Both the position numbers and the translations under genes were made by a program. The notes beneath the pieces were generated by a model. That model searched no databases, was not told where the DNA came from, and worked only from the letters and a program-made list of their open reading frames with translations. Shown here in pieces: positions 21,205 to 31,897 of a stretch of DNA of 64,000 nucleotides (the stretch's first letter is position 1; the number at the start of each line of letters is the position of its first letter). This DNA comes from an uncultured Roseburia sp. (GTDB lineage: Bacteria > Bacillota > Clostridia > Lachnospirales > Lachnospiraceae), in contig CAMSQM010000006.1 in the NCBI GenBank assembly GCA_947062675.1, positions 14,848 to 78,847 of the forward strand, written 5' to 3'.

Positions 21205-21612
21205 TTATGCATGGTTTCTCTTATGCACAGAAGAGCCTTCTTTTTTGCCGTCTTTCCGGTGAATATAGAAAAGGTTCCGCCAAAGGGTGATCCCCGGACT
21301 ATCGGAATGGCGCAGGATTTCCCGCGCGGCGATGCGCGGGAGCGGCAGCGTGGAAAGCGCCGGAAGGAGAGTCTCCCGCTGCGCCATTTCCCCGCGGAGC
21401 AGACGACTGAAAAGAACCTTCACAGTATTCTCGGGCGGCCGGTAATCCTGCGCCGTATTCTGCAGCGGAGCGGTAAACTGCTGGCAGCGGACGCCGGAGG
21501 CGGCAAAATCACATGCAGCCTGTTCCGCCAGGGGGGCGGACTGCACAAGTGACAGGCATATAAGCGCTGTCATAAACCAGAGCAGTTTTTTTTGTTTTCT
21601 GATTCCGGGCAT
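21205..21612 (-). CDS. Hypothetical exported or membrane protein ending in YIHRKDGKK
   Basis: GGGGGA RBS, hydrophobic N-terminus; collinear with the downstream regulator. Confidence 0.55.
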   Translation of the reverse strand: MPGIRKQKKLLWFMTALICLSLVQSAPLAEQAACDFAASGVRCQQFTAPLQNTAQDYRPPENTVKVLFSRLLRGEMAQRETLLPALSTLPLPRIAAREILRHSDSPGITLWRNLFYIHRKDGKKEGSSVHKRNHA

Positions 21613-21669
21613 TTTTCACATCCCCCCCTTTCTCTTTTCAGACCCTGTGGTTTTTACATGCCGGATACA

Positions 21670-23085
21670 TTAACCGGCCTGCGCACGCCGTTCTTTCAGG
21701 ATAGAGACATTCTCCGCCACTTTCTGCCGGTTCAGCGGATAGACAAACCAGAGCAGTAAGGCGACGATAAAAAAACCGGCGGCCGGAACAAGTGTCGCTG
21801 TTGCGAACAGGCCTTCGATGACCGCATCCGTCTGAACGGCCGACGCGGGTTCATATCCGATGATATCCAGGGCCCATCCCCCGACACCGCCGGCGAGTGC
21901 CTGTCCGGCTTTGCGCGCGAAAGAATAGACTGCGTAGACGGTGCCGTCCTCGCGCTGTCCGGTCCGCACTTCCTGATCGTCGATAACGTCTGTGATATTG
22001 GCCCAGATAACGGTATTAAAAAATCCCAGCCCCAGATAGCCGACTGCGGACAGAAGCAGAAAAGCCCACAGATTTTTAATGTGGAGAAAATACATCAGGG
22101 CATAGGAACAGCCGGCGAGAAGCATTCCGGCCACGGAACCTTCTTTTTTCCCCACCTTTCTGGAAAGGGGAACGCTTATGGGCGCGACAATAAACAGCAT
22201 CACAGCCGTGGAGATCATTGTAAAAAGGGAGATTCCCTCCGCGCTTTTAAAATATTCCGGATAAACGAAATTGTTCATGGAGCTGATCAGAAGCTGGCTG
22301 AGCAGCAGGAAGATTGCCGCGCCGATGATCCCGAGCAGAGCACGGCTCTGAAATACGGCCGCCAGTGTTTCGGCCAGAGTGATACGTCTGCCGCCCGCCG
22401 CCTTTTCCACGTGCACGCGCTCAGTGGTCAGCCGGTAACAGAGCAGGTAGCAGATAACGGCCAGAAGCGAAAAGAGCCCCGCTACAATCGTAAAAGCCCC
22501 GCCTCCGCGCACGATCTGGTTGCCGTCGGCGTCAGTGGTATAAATAAACAGCGGCGTGCCGACACCGATAAAGAGCCCCGCCAGCGTTGCACCGATGGAG
22601 CGGAAGGTTGAGAGGGCTGTCCGCTCTCCGGGATCTGCCGTGATCGCCGATGCCATGGAACCGTAGGGGATGTTGATTGAGGTGTAGAAAATGCTTCCCC
22701 ACAGCAGATAGGTTCCATACATATAGATAATCTTCACCCACATGGCGGCATCTGCCAGAGCGCTCTGGTACATAAGAAAACTGGAAAGCGCCACCGGGCC
22801 GCACATCCGGCGGATCCAGCAGCGGAATTTTCCGTCCCCCGCGGGCTTCGCGGAATCGACGATCCTCCCCATTGTGACATCCGTGAAGGCGTCCGCAAAA
22901 CGGGCCACGAGAAAGAGGGTTCCGACCATTCCGCCGCTGATGCCGAGTACTTTGGTGTAAAACACCATAAGAAAAGAGCTCGCGAAAATGAATGTAAAAT
23001 CATTGCCGAAATCACCGAACATATAACCGAGTTTGTCCCGCATGCCAAATGGTCTGGCGGGAGTCTGTTCTGTCTGCATTGTCAT
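21670..23085 (-). CDS. Glycoside-pentoside-hexuronide (GPH/MelB-like) MFS symporter
   Basis: GYMFGDFGNDF, ARFADAFTD, GKFRCWI, NIPYGSM motifs; about 12 TMs. Confidence 0.93.
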   Translation of the reverse strand: MTMQTEQTPARPFGMRDKLGYMFGDFGNDFTFIFASSFLMVFYTKVLGISGGMVGTLFLVARFADAFTDVTMGRIVDSAKPAGDGKFRCWIRRMCGPVALSSFLMYQSALADAAMWVKIIYMYGTYLLWGSIFYTSINIPYGSMASAITADPGERTALSTFRSIGATLAGLFIGVGTPLFIYTTDADGNQIVRGGGAFTIVAGLFSLLAVICYLLCYRLTTERVHVEKAAGGRRITLAETLAAVFQSRALLGIIGAAIFLLLSQLLISSMNNFVYPEYFKSAEGISLFTMISTAVMLFIVAPISVPLSRKVGKKEGSVAGMLLAGCSYALMYFLHIKNLWAFLLLSAVGYLGLGFFNTVIWANITDVIDDQEVRTGQREDGTVYAVYSFARKAGQALAGGVGGWALDIIGYEPASAVQTDAVIEGLFATATLVPAAGFFIVALLLWFVYPLNRQKVAENVSILKERRAQAG

Positions 23086-23169
23086 ATCCTCCTGTCTGTA
23101 ATCGTCACACCGTACTATTATATCCGTTTCCGGTACGGGGAATACAGAGGCAGGAATCCATGTCTCCGG

Positions 23170-24309
23170 TTATTTTGTGCGTTTTTTTTCCTGATACATC
23201 CGTTTATCAGCCAGCGCCACGGCGTCCCTTGTACTTTTCATGCTGTCAGCATTATATTTTACACAGCCGGCGCTGATGGTGATTTCCCATGGCTTTCCGC
23301 CGCCCCAGCGGATTCCGGCAACCGACTCCTGAAGACGTCTGATGGTATCCATGGCTTCTTCAGGCGTATTGCTTTTGAGAATTATGACAAATTCGTCTCC
23401 GCCGTATCTTGCGAGAAATGCCTGTTCTGCCCCGAACACGATTTTGATCCGATCGGAAACTTCCCGAAGCACTTCATCTCCGGTCACATGACCGTATGCA
23501 TCGTTGATGCTTTTGAATTTATTGATATCCATCAGGATAAAGTACCAGTTCTCCTTATCCTCCAGGCGTTCATCCATAATCTGCAGGTACTGGTCCAGGC
23601 GCCTCCGGTTGTTTAAGCCTGTCAGGCTGTCCCTTGTGACCTGCTCACGCTGGACATTGGTGTAGATCAGCAGCAGGGACGCCGCCGTAAAGGGCCAGAT
23701 AAGGTCTGTCCCGAAGAAAGCGAGCTGCAGAATACTGCCGAGGACCGGCAGCAGAATAAAGGCGGCAAGCATCTGGAACTCTTTTTTCTTTTCAGGAAGA
23801 TATTCCAGACGGATCTGACGGTGGGCCAGCGCGGAAGCGGCGGTCAGATAGCCGACTGGAATCAGCACCTGAAGCACAAAGTATGGCCCGCGCACGTAGT
23901 GGTTGTGAGAGTCCATGTAAAACAGCAGCCGGTGCCAGGGATTCGATGCGAGGACCGCAAGCAGCACAAGCAGTGGAACAGACCAGACAGCCGCTTTTCT
24001 GCCGGTCTGCCCGACTCCGTTGACAACCATATCATACACGTACAGATACCACAGAAATGCGGCAAAACATACGGAGCCGGAATACAGGGTATTTGTGAAC
24101 CACAGGAGAGCGGAGGCATATGGCTTTATACTGCCGTCCAGAACCCAGGTGCACATGTTGATCACGATAATGCCGGCAAGCAGCACGATAATAAAACGCA
24201 GCACGCGGCTCCGCCAGGTATAGGTGAAAATTTTTGGCGTATTGAGCCGCATAATAATAAGTACTATGATCGGTATAATATTGATCTGCACATATATCGC
24301 CGCACTCAC
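23170..24309 (-). CDS. Membrane diguanylate cyclase (about 7 TM + GGDEF)
   Basis: RDSLTGLNNRR, DINKFKSINDAYGHVTGD, ARYGGDEF; GTG 24309 overlaps the upstream stop (GTGA) with GGAGG RBS. Confidence 0.9.
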   Translation of the reverse strand: MSAAIYVQINIIPIIVLIIMRLNTPKIFTYTWRSRVLRFIIVLLAGIIVINMCTWVLDGSIKPYASALLWFTNTLYSGSVCFAAFLWYLYVYDMVVNGVGQTGRKAAVWSVPLLVLLAVLASNPWHRLLFYMDSHNHYVRGPYFVLQVLIPVGYLTAASALAHRQIRLEYLPEKKKEFQMLAAFILLPVLGSILQLAFFGTDLIWPFTAASLLLIYTNVQREQVTRDSLTGLNNRRRLDQYLQIMDERLEDKENWYFILMDINKFKSINDAYGHVTGDEVLREVSDRIKIVFGAEQAFLARYGGDEFVIILKSNTPEEAMDTIRRLQESVAGIRWGGGKPWEITISAGCVKYNADSMKSTRDAVALADKRMYQEKKRTK

Positions 24310-25517
24310 ACAGAATCCTCCTTTTTTGCGCATATCGCCGGTTCCGGCTGCCTGTGCAGCCGCGCCGCCCGTGTGCTTTCTTTTTTGTCTGTTTTCTGCC
24401 GGTACATCCGCTCGTCTGCTTTTGCGATCAGACCTGCGGTGGTCTGGTCTGCTATCTCGCTCCACATGGCATAGCCGATACTCAGGGAAAGGCTGTAAGG
24501 TTTGCCTGTTCTCTGCCGGAAGAGTTCAGCCTCACTGTGAATACGCTGCATCATGTGCCGGGCGTCTTCCGGCGTCTCCCATTCGCCAATTACCGAGAAC
24601 TCATCCCCGCCGTACCGGGCCAGGAAGACAGGCTCCCCTGAGGCTGCGCGCCGCAGAATCCCGGCAGTCGCCCAGAGAGCCTCGTCGCCGACAGAATGAC
24701 CGTGTCTGTCGTTGATCAGTTTGAAATCATCCACATCAATCATCAGGATTCCCCAGTCGGTCCTGTCCTGTTCCGTTTTTTTGCGCAGATAGCGGTCAAA
24801 CTCCCTGCGGTTGTTAAGACCGGTCAGTCCGTCCGTTGTGATCTGCTGGTTCTGCGTTTTAATGTAGAGAAACAGGATCCCGACGGACATACACGGAGCG
24901 GTAATGCACCAGTCGGCCCGGATGGTGTCCGCGAGGATGCCGGCCAGCGGAAACAGGGCGGACTGCATCAGAAACCGGTATTCCTGCCGCAATGCGCTGC
25001 GGGAGGCCCGTTTTAAGGCAGCGTATGCCAGAAACGAGCTGGCCAGAAAAACGATGCCGGAGAAAAGTTCCGGGATAAAAAAGAGACATTCTCTCCGGTA
25101 TATCCGGTCGTCCGTGATGGAAAAAATCAGGTGAGTCCATGGCGTCAGGGCGGTAAATGCCACGTATCCGGCAAATACATACTGCAGGATGCGGCGTGCT
25201 TTGTTTATTCTGTCCGGCGGCTCCTTTCCGTAGATGCGATAGCGCAGGTAGAGGAACCAGTGGCATGGAACCATGGCAGAAAAAACTGCGTTTAAAATAT
25301 GAACCAGCCAGAAGAGGAACACCGGCGTGCGGTCCTGCCATTCGTCCAGGAACCCCGCAGCCACGTCCAGGGCGATAAGTCCGCCGGTCATAAGGATCAG
25401 CTGCTGGAACAGTCGTGTCTCTGTTTTCCTTGTTCCCTTTTTCTGGTTGTTCAGATACAGGATCGCGAGCATGCATACTGGAAATAAATTAACGCTTAAA
25501 TGCGTCACGATATCCAT
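24306..25517 (-). CDS. Membrane diguanylate cyclase (about 7 TM + GGDEF), paralog of the neighbour
   Basis: TDGLTGLNNRR, DVDDFKLINDRHGHSVGD, ARYGGDEF. Confidence 0.92.
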   Translation of the reverse strand: MDIVTHLSVNLFPVCMLAILYLNNQKKGTRKTETRLFQQLILMTGGLIALDVAAGFLDEWQDRTPVFLFWLVHILNAVFSAMVPCHWFLYLRYRIYGKEPPDRINKARRILQYVFAGYVAFTALTPWTHLIFSITDDRIYRRECLFFIPELFSGIVFLASSFLAYAALKRASRSALRQEYRFLMQSALFPLAGILADTIRADWCITAPCMSVGILFLYIKTQNQQITTDGLTGLNNRREFDRYLRKKTEQDRTDWGILMIDVDDFKLINDRHGHSVGDEALWATAGILRRAASGEPVFLARYGGDEFSVIGEWETPEDARHMMQRIHSEAELFRQRTGKPYSLSLSIGYAMWSEIADQTTAGLIAKADERMYRQKTDKKESTRAARLHRQPEPAICAKKEDSV

Positions 25518-25530
25518 AATACTCCTCCGC

Positions 25531-27525
25531 CTACTGATATTTCCTGCGGAACTGTACCGGAGTCATTTCGTAGGCTTTCCGGAACAGGCGGTTAAAATGT
25601 TCAACATTTTCGTATCCCACATAGGCCGCGATCGCCTCCACGGTCTGGTTTGTCTCCTTGAGCATCTTGCGCGCACGTTTCATGCGCGCGGCCTTGACAG
25701 CATCCTGAAAAGTCATGCCCGACTTCTCGCGGATATAGCGTGAGAGATACGGTTTGGAGAGGCCGAAGTTCTCGGCGAGGAGGTCCAGTGTCACGTCCGC
25801 ATAATGGCTCTGGATATAGTTCATAATATCGACGATGCGCTCCTCACGTCCCTCTGTGATATTCTTATCTTTCGTGAGCTTGTTGGCCGCGGAGACAAGT
25901 GCCGCAACCGAGCTTGTGATGATATCCGCGTCAATGCCCACACCCCAGTAATCTGTTCCCTGGCAGGTGATCTGTACGAACGCGGCAGCCCTGGAGGAAG
26001 AGCCCCTGGAGATCGCATGTTCCTCATAGGCGGAGAGCTCATAGCTGACGCCGAAAAACATCTTGATCGCATTGCTGACGGCGTCAAGGCGGCCGTTACC
26101 TGCCGTCTCGACAGTCCTCTGTTCCCCGTTCTGCGCGATGGTAACCGTGGCCGTGATACCGTTCTTCTGCTCGAAGTGGCATTCCGTTATGGCGAAGATA
26201 TCCTTGCGGTTGATGTAATGTTCCTCAAAAATACGGTAAATGGCCTGCGGGGACAGCTCCTGGTGCATGTGGTCGGAAGTTCCCTTGACGAGATATCCGA
26301 CTTCCTCTTTCATCTGATCGGGCAGCGCAATGCCAAAGTTCTGTTTTAAAATGAAGGCCACGCCGCCTTTGCCCGACTGGCTGTTGATGCGGATGACGTC
26401 GGATTCGTATTCACGTCCCACATCCCGGGGGTCAATTGGCAGATAGGGCACATCCCAGCGCTCCCCGCTATTGCCCGCGTCCCGCCATGCCATGCCCTTG
26501 GAGATTGCGTCCTGGTGGGAACCGGAAAAAGCGGTGAATACCAGGTCTCCGGCGTACGGCGTGCGCTCATAGACGCGCATACCGGTAAACTGTTCATACT
26601 TTTCGCGGATCGGGCTGATGTGCGAGAAGTCCAGTCCCGGATCGACGCCGTGGCAGAACAGGTTCATCGCGAGAGTGACGATATCGACATTTCCGGTCCT
26701 CTCCCCGTTGCCGAACAGCGTTCCCTCGACCCGGTCGGCCCCGGCCAGGACGCCGAACTCCGCATCGCTTATGCCGCAGCCACGGTCATTGTGCGGGTGT
26801 ACGCTTAATATCACGTGTTCGCGATACTTTAAGTGCCTGTGAATGTATTCAATCTGGCAGGCGAAGACGTGCGGCATGGCGATCTGTACCGTTGTCGGGA
26901 TATTGATAATCGCCCTGTGCGTATCATCCGGCTTCCACACATCCAGCACCGCGTTGCAGACCTCCACGGCGTAATCCACCTCGGTTCCCGGAAAGCTCTC
27001 CGGGCTGTACTCGAAGGTGAAGCTGCCGTCCGTCTCATCCGCAAGTGTTTTTAACAGGGCGGCGCCATCCACGGCGAGCTGTTTCACCTCTTCGCGGCTC
27101 TTCTTAAACACCTGTTCCCTCTGCGCGACGGAAGTAGAATTATAGAGATGAATGACGGCGTGCGGCGCGCCCTTTACCGCCTCAAAGGTCTTGCGGATAA
27201 TGTGCTCCCTGGCCTGGGTGAGCACCTGCACCGTCACATCATCGGGGATCATATTCCGCTCGATCAGCGCGCGCATAAAATTGTACTCCGTCTCGGAGGC
27301 GGCGGGAAAACCGACTTCGATTTCCTTAAAACCGATATCCACAAGCATCCGGAAGAATTCAAGCTTTTCCTCAAGGCTCATCGGTTCGATCAGGGCCTGG
27401 TTGCCGTCTCTTAAGTCCACACTGCACCAGACGGGCGGCCTTTCGATGCTGTCTTTTTTTACCCAGTCATATGTCACCTCCGGCGGCATAAAGTAGGACT
27501 TTTTATATTTTTCTGCGATGTTCAT
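25531..27525 (-). CDS. leuA: 2-isopropylmalate synthase with C-terminal AraC-type HTH
   Basis: SVDLRDGNQAL, HPHNDRG, GNGERTGN, NSQSGKGG; last ~105 aa are an AraC double HTH (LSKPYLSRYIR..VGYENVEHFNRLFRKAYEMTPVQFR) in frame. Confidence 0.93.
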   Translation of the reverse strand: MNIAEKYKKSYFMPPEVTYDWVKKDSIERPPVWCSVDLRDGNQALIEPMSLEEKLEFFRMLVDIGFKEIEVGFPAASETEYNFMRALIERNMIPDDVTVQVLTQAREHIIRKTFEAVKGAPHAVIHLYNSTSVAQREQVFKKSREEVKQLAVDGAALLKTLADETDGSFTFEYSPESFPGTEVDYAVEVCNAVLDVWKPDDTHRAIINIPTTVQIAMPHVFACQIEYIHRHLKYREHVILSVHPHNDRGCGISDAEFGVLAGADRVEGTLFGNGERTGNVDIVTLAMNLFCHGVDPGLDFSHISPIREKYEQFTGMRVYERTPYAGDLVFTAFSGSHQDAISKGMAWRDAGNSGERWDVPYLPIDPRDVGREYESDVIRINSQSGKGGVAFILKQNFGIALPDQMKEEVGYLVKGTSDHMHQELSPQAIYRIFEEHYINRKDIFAITECHFEQKNGITATVTIAQNGEQRTVETAGNGRLDAVSNAIKMFFGVSYELSAYEEHAISRGSSSRAAAFVQITCQGTDYWGVGIDADIITSSVAALVSAANKLTKDKNITEGREERIVDIMNYIQSHYADVTLDLLAENFGLSKPYLSRYIREKSGMTFQDAVKAARMKRARKMLKETNQTVEAIAAYVGYENVEHFNRLFRKAYEMTPVQFRRKYQ

Positions 27526-27595
27526 AGTCGTTTCTTTGTCTCCCTCTGTCTGATCTCATTATTTCTGTACTGATATTTTTGATATATTTTGTTCT

Positions 27596-27624
27596 ATTCT
27601 ATCATGACTGATCTTTCTGTTCAA
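27596..27624 (-). promoter_or_regulatory. SigA promoter for leuA
   Basis: Minus strand TTGAAC-N17-TAGAAT with extended TG. Confidence 0.6.
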
Positions 27625-27649
27625 GGGGAAATTCATCAAACTTATTGAT

Positions 27650-28297
27650 TTATTTTTTGCTGTCTATTCCCTGCCTGGCGCAGAGTTCCCTGATGCAGCA
27701 GCGGTCGCAGTGAGGCTGTGTTCTGGCGGTGCAGATGTCCCTGCCGTGTTCCACCAGGCGGTGGCAGAAATCATTTCCCTCTTCCGGCGGAATGATTTTC
27801 CAGAGCGCCATCTCGACCTTTTTCGGCTCTTTTATACCATCCACAAGCCCCATGCGGTTGACCAGGCGGATGCAGTGCGTGTCCGTGACGATAGCGGGCT
27901 TACCGAAGACGTCCCCCATCACCAGGTTCGCGCTTTTGCGGCCGACGCCGGGGAGTTTTAAGAGTTCGTCGAAACTGTCGGGAACTTTTCCGCCGTACCG
28001 GTCGCGCAGAAGCTTCATGCAGGCGCTGATGTCCCGGGCCTTGCTGTGCCCGAGCCCGCAGGGTTTTACGATCTCCTCGATTTCACCGGGGTCCGCCGCC
28101 GCAAGCGCATTCACGTCCGGAAACTTTTTATAGAGCTCCGGGACGATTACGTTGACACGGGCGTCCGTGCACTGCGCGGCGAGACGGACACTGACCAGAA
28201 GCTTCCAGGCATCGTCATAGTCAAGCGTGCATCCGGCGTCGGGATATGCTTCTTTTAGTTTTTGTATGATTTTTTTTGCCAGTTCCCGTTTATCCAT
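27650..28297 (-). CDS. nth: Endonuclease III
   Basis: LAAQCTD, HhH LPGVGRKSAN, VTDTH, Fe-S motif C-x7-C-x2-C-x5-C. Confidence 0.93.
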   Translation of the reverse strand: MDKRELAKKIIQKLKEAYPDAGCTLDYDDAWKLLVSVRLAAQCTDARVNVIVPELYKKFPDVNALAAADPGEIEEIVKPCGLGHSKARDISACMKLLRDRYGGKVPDSFDELLKLPGVGRKSANLVMGDVFGKPAIVTDTHCIRLVNRMGLVDGIKEPKKVEMALWKIIPPEEGNDFCHRLVEHGRDICTARTQPHCDRCCIRELCARQGIDSKK

Positions 28298-28329
28298 GGC
28301 TTTCTCCTCTTTTGCGTTGTGTTCTGTGT

Positions 28330-31300
28330 TCACGGCTGCTGTGGCAGCAGCAGATCCCGTACCGACCGCAGGAATGATTCCAGAATTCCGGGAATCTCCG
28401 CAGTCCGCTGTGACGGGAGTTTCCTGCCGGAACCGGGCGATTTCAGCAGGAGGGTAAAATACGGCGCTTTTGCGTCTGCGGTAAATTTCAGCCGCGGGCC
28501 GTAAGAGAGCAGGAAGGGCTGGATTTTAGCCGCGTCAATCCGGGCTTTTTCGTAGAGCGTAAATTTCAGGGTGTCTCCTTTCTGGCAGACATCCGTGACA
28601 TACACCTGATGAGCCAGCGACTTGACTTTTGCAATAAAAAGCAGATTTTCGACGGATTTCGGAAGATCGCCGAAACGGTCGGTCAGTTCATCTGTCATTT
28701 CCGCCGCCTCCTCATCCGAGGTAATTCCGGCGATGCGCTTGTAGATATCCAGCTTCTGAAACTCGTTGGGAATGTAGCCCATCGGGATATAGGCGTCAAT
28801 CTCAATGTCGATTGACGTGTCAAACTGTTCATCCGCGGTGATGCCTTTTGCCTCTTTTACCGCCTCGTTGAGCATTTTGCAGTAGAGATCGTAGCCGACA
28901 GCCTCCATGTGTCCGTGCTGTTCCGCCCCGAGCAGGTTGCCTGCGCCCCGGATTTCCAGGTCCCGCATTGCGATTTTAAAGCCGCTGCCGAGCTCTGTGT
29001 ACTCACGGATGGCCGCCAGACGCTTTTCTGCAATTTCTTTTAACATCTTATCGCGCCGGTACATCAGAAACGCGTAAGCGGTGCGGCTGGAACGCCCCAC
29101 GCGGCCTCTGAGCTGGTAGAGCTGGGAGAGTCCCATATTGTCCGCGTCGTGGATAATCATTGTATTGACATTGGAAATGTCAAGTCCGGTCTCGATGATC
29201 GTTGTGGAGACAAGAACATCAATCTCCCCGTTGATAAAGCGGTACATGATATTTTCAAGCTCCGTCTCCCGCATCTGTCCGTGGGCGAATGCAACGACGG
29301 CTTCCGGAACCAGCTCCGCGACCTTTGCCGCGACGTCCCCGATCTCGCGGACCCGGTTGTAAACGTAATAGGCCTGCCCGCCGCGGGAGAGCTCCCTTGA
29401 GATGGCTTCCCGCACCAGCTCCTCGTTGTATTCCATCACATAGGTCTGGATGGGGAGGCGGTCCATCGGCGGCTCCTCCAGAACACTCATGTCACGGATT
29501 CCGATGAGGCTCATATGGAGGGTGCGCGGAATCGGCGTTGCGGTGAGAGTCAGAACATCGATGTTTGTTTTCAGCTGTTTGATTTTTTCTTTGTGTGCGA
29601 CCCCGAAGCGCTGTTCCTCATCGATTACCAGAAGCCCGAGGTTTTTGTAGACAACGTCTTTTGACAGCAGACGGTGTGTGCCGATCACGATATCCAGCTG
29701 TCCGGCTTTCAGCGCCCCGATCGTTTTTTTCTGCTCCGCGGCGCTGCGGAAGCGGCAGAGAAGACCGATATTTACCGGAAAATCTTTCATGCGCTGCACG
29801 AAATTATTGTAGTGCTGCTGCGCGAGAATGGTGGTTGGCGCTAAAAAAGCTACCTGCCTGCTGTCCTGTACCGCCTTAAATGCAGCTCGGATGGCGATTT
29901 CCGTCTTGCCATAGCCCACATCCCCGCAGATCAGGCGGTCCATGATCCGGGGACTTTCCATATCTGCTTTCGTCGCCGCGATCGCGAGTTCCTGATCTTC
30001 CGTCTCCTCAAACGGGAATATTTCCTCAAATTCGCGCTGCCAGACGGTATCAGGGCTGAAGGCAAAGCCTGTTTCCCGCTGCCGCGCTGCATACAGAGCC
30101 ACCAGATCCTGTGCGACGGCTTTTACCGCGCCCCTGACTTTTGCCCTGGTTCTGCTCCAGTCCTGTCCGCCGAGTTTATTGAGTCTGGGCTTTCTGGCGT
30201 CGGAACCGGCAAATTTCTGTATCAGCTCAAGCTGGGTTGCCAGGATATAGAGATTGCCGCCGCCGGCATACTCGATCTTGATATAGTCCTTAATTGTTTT
30301 ATCGACCTCAATTTTTTCGATGCCGCGGTAGATTCCCAGCCCGTGATTTTCATGGACGACGTAATCGCCGACCGAGAGGTCGGTAAAACTGGCGATTTTT
30401 TCGCCCTCGTAAGTGTGGCGGCGCTTCTTTTTCTTTTTTTCCCCGCCAAAGATATCGCTCTCGGAAATCACGACGAATTTCAGCATCGGATATTCATAGC
30501 CGCGTCTTATTTTTCCGTAGCCGGTCATAATCTCGCCCGGTTTTACTTCGTGGTCAAAATCCTCGCTGTAGAAGGCATTCAGCCCTTCCGCCATCAGGTC
30601 TTCGGCCAGACGCTTCGCCCTTGTTCTGGAACCGGAGAGCAGAATGACCTGGTATCCGTTCTTTTTGTAGCGCGTCAGATCTTTTACCAGCAGTTCAAAG
30701 CTGTTATTGTAGGGATTGACGGTTTTCAGGTCAAAATGAATCCGCTCCCGGATGTTCAGCTGGCTGTTTTTCAGGTCGAGCGCCGCGAGTGAGATACACC
30801 TGCAGGCACAGAGTTTTGCCAGAGTTTCTTTGCAGGAAATAAGCTCCCGCATCTGTCCGGGCAGGATGTATCCTTTTTCCAGGCGCTGCTTCATGCTCTC
30901 GGAAAATTCCGTTTCCGTGGCGTTTCCACGCTCAATGCCACGGGCGGCTTCATCAAGGAAAATCAGTGTGCGGGAGCGGTCGAAATAGTCGAGCAGAGAG
31001 ACGCGCTCTTCGCAAAAATAGGAGAGCCAGGCATCAAGTCCGGCACTTATATTGAGCTCGCCGGCTTCCTCCGCGATCTGGTCCGCCGCCGCCCTGACGC
31101 GGTAAGCCTCCTCTGTTTTCATCTCTTTGCGGAGTTTTTCAGAGACGTGCTCCGCTTCCTTCAGAATGCGCGCGATTCCGGCCTTCCGGTCTTTTTTTGT
31201 CAGCACCAGCTCACAGGCCGGATAAATGTGAATTTCCTGAAGATTTTCGATGGAGCGCTGGCTTTCCGCGTCGAAAGAGCGGATGGAATCGACCTCGTCG

Positions 31301-31884
31301 TCCCAGAGCTCGATCCGGAACGGGTTTTCCTCTGTCAGCGGAAAAATATCTATGATTCCGCCGCGGACGGAAAACTCCCCGCGTGTACTGACCTGGTAAT
31401 TCTTTTCATAGCCGAGTTCTGTCAGGTGCTCTGCCAGATGAACAGGATTCACGATATCGCCGGAGGAGATTTTCATGACCGCCTGGATAAAGGTCTCGGG
31501 GGTCGGCATCGGGTTCATAAGGGCGTCAAATGTAGTGAAAATAGTACACTCTTTTTCTTCCGCCAGAAGCCTGAGGGCGCCGATGCGCTCCGCCGTCAGA
31601 ACATTTCCGCGGATGTCTGACTGATAAAACAGAATATCTTTTGCGGGATAACAGACCGCGCGGCGGTCAAAAAATCGGTACTCTTCGCATAACTCCCTCG
31701 CCCGCTGTTCCTGGAATGTGACGATCAGCCTGCTGGTGTTCCTGCCGCTGATATTGTATATCATGTGCGGCTTTGCCGCGTCAATACAGCCCGATACCTG
31801 GATCGTTCCCGTGAGATCCGGCAGCGCAGCCATAAGATTTTCAAATTCTTTGAGCCCCGGAAGGGACCGGGTAAACGTGTTCAC
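28330..31884 (-). CDS. mfd: Transcription-repair coupling factor
   Basis: UvrB-like N-terminus, RID ([10 protein letters not shown]), SF2 motifs GDVGYGKT and [20 protein letters not shown]-terminus. Confidence 0.98.
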   Translation of the reverse strand: MNTFTRSLPGLKEFENLMAALPDLTGTIQVSGCIDAAKPHMIYNISGRNTSRLIVTFQEQRARELCEEYRFFDRRAVCYPAKDILFYQSDIRGNVLTAERIGALRLLAEEKECTIFTTFDALMNPMPTPETFIQAVMKISSGDIVNPVHLAEHLTELGYEKNYQVSTRGEFSVRGGIIDIFPLTEENPFRIELWDDEVDSIRSFDAESQRSIENLQEIHIYPACELVLTKKDRKAGIARILKEAEHVSEKLRKEMKTEEAYRVRAAADQIAEEAGELNISAGLDAWLSYFCEERVSLLDYFDRSRTLIFLDEAARGIERGNATETEFSESMKQRLEKGYILPGQMRELISCKETLAKLCACRCISLAALDLKNSQLNIRERIHFDLKTVNPYNNSFELLVKDLTRYKKNGYQVILLSGSRTRAKRLAEDLMAEGLNAFYSEDFDHEVKPGEIMTGYGKIRRGYEYPMLKFVVISESDIFGGEKKKKKRRHTYEGEKIASFTDLSVGDYVVHENHGLGIYRGIEKIEVDKTIKDYIKIEYAGGGNLYILATQLELIQKFAGSDARKPRLNKLGGQDWSRTRAKVRGAVKAVAQDLVALYAARQRETGFAFSPDTVWQREFEEIFPFEETEDQELAIAATKADMESPRIMDRLICGDVGYGKTEIAIRAAFKAVQDSRQVAFLAPTTILAQQHYNNFVQRMKDFPVNIGLLCRFRSAAEQKKTIGALKAGQLDIVIGTHRLLSKDVVYKNLGLLVIDEEQRFGVAHKEKIKQLKTNIDVLTLTATPIPRTLHMSLIGIRDMSVLEEPPMDRLPIQTYVMEYNEELVREAISRELSRGGQAYYVYNRVREIGDVAAKVAELVPEAVVAFAHGQMRETELENIMYRFINGEIDVLVSTTIIETGLDISNVNTMIIHDADNMGLSQLYQLRGRVGRSSRTAYAFLMYRRDKMLKEIAEKRLAAIREYTELGSGFKIAMRDLEIRGAGNLLGAEQHGHMEAVGYDLYCKMLNEAVKEAKGITADEQFDTSIDIEIDAYIPMGYIPNEFQKLDIYKRIAGITSDEEAAEMTDELTDRFGDLPKSVENLLFIAKVKSLAHQVYVTDVCQKGDTLKFTLYEKARIDAAKIQPFLLSYGPRLKFTADAKAPYFTLLLKSPGSGRKLPSQRTAEIPGILESFLRSVRDLLLPQQP

Positions 31885-31897
31885 ACATACCTCCCTC

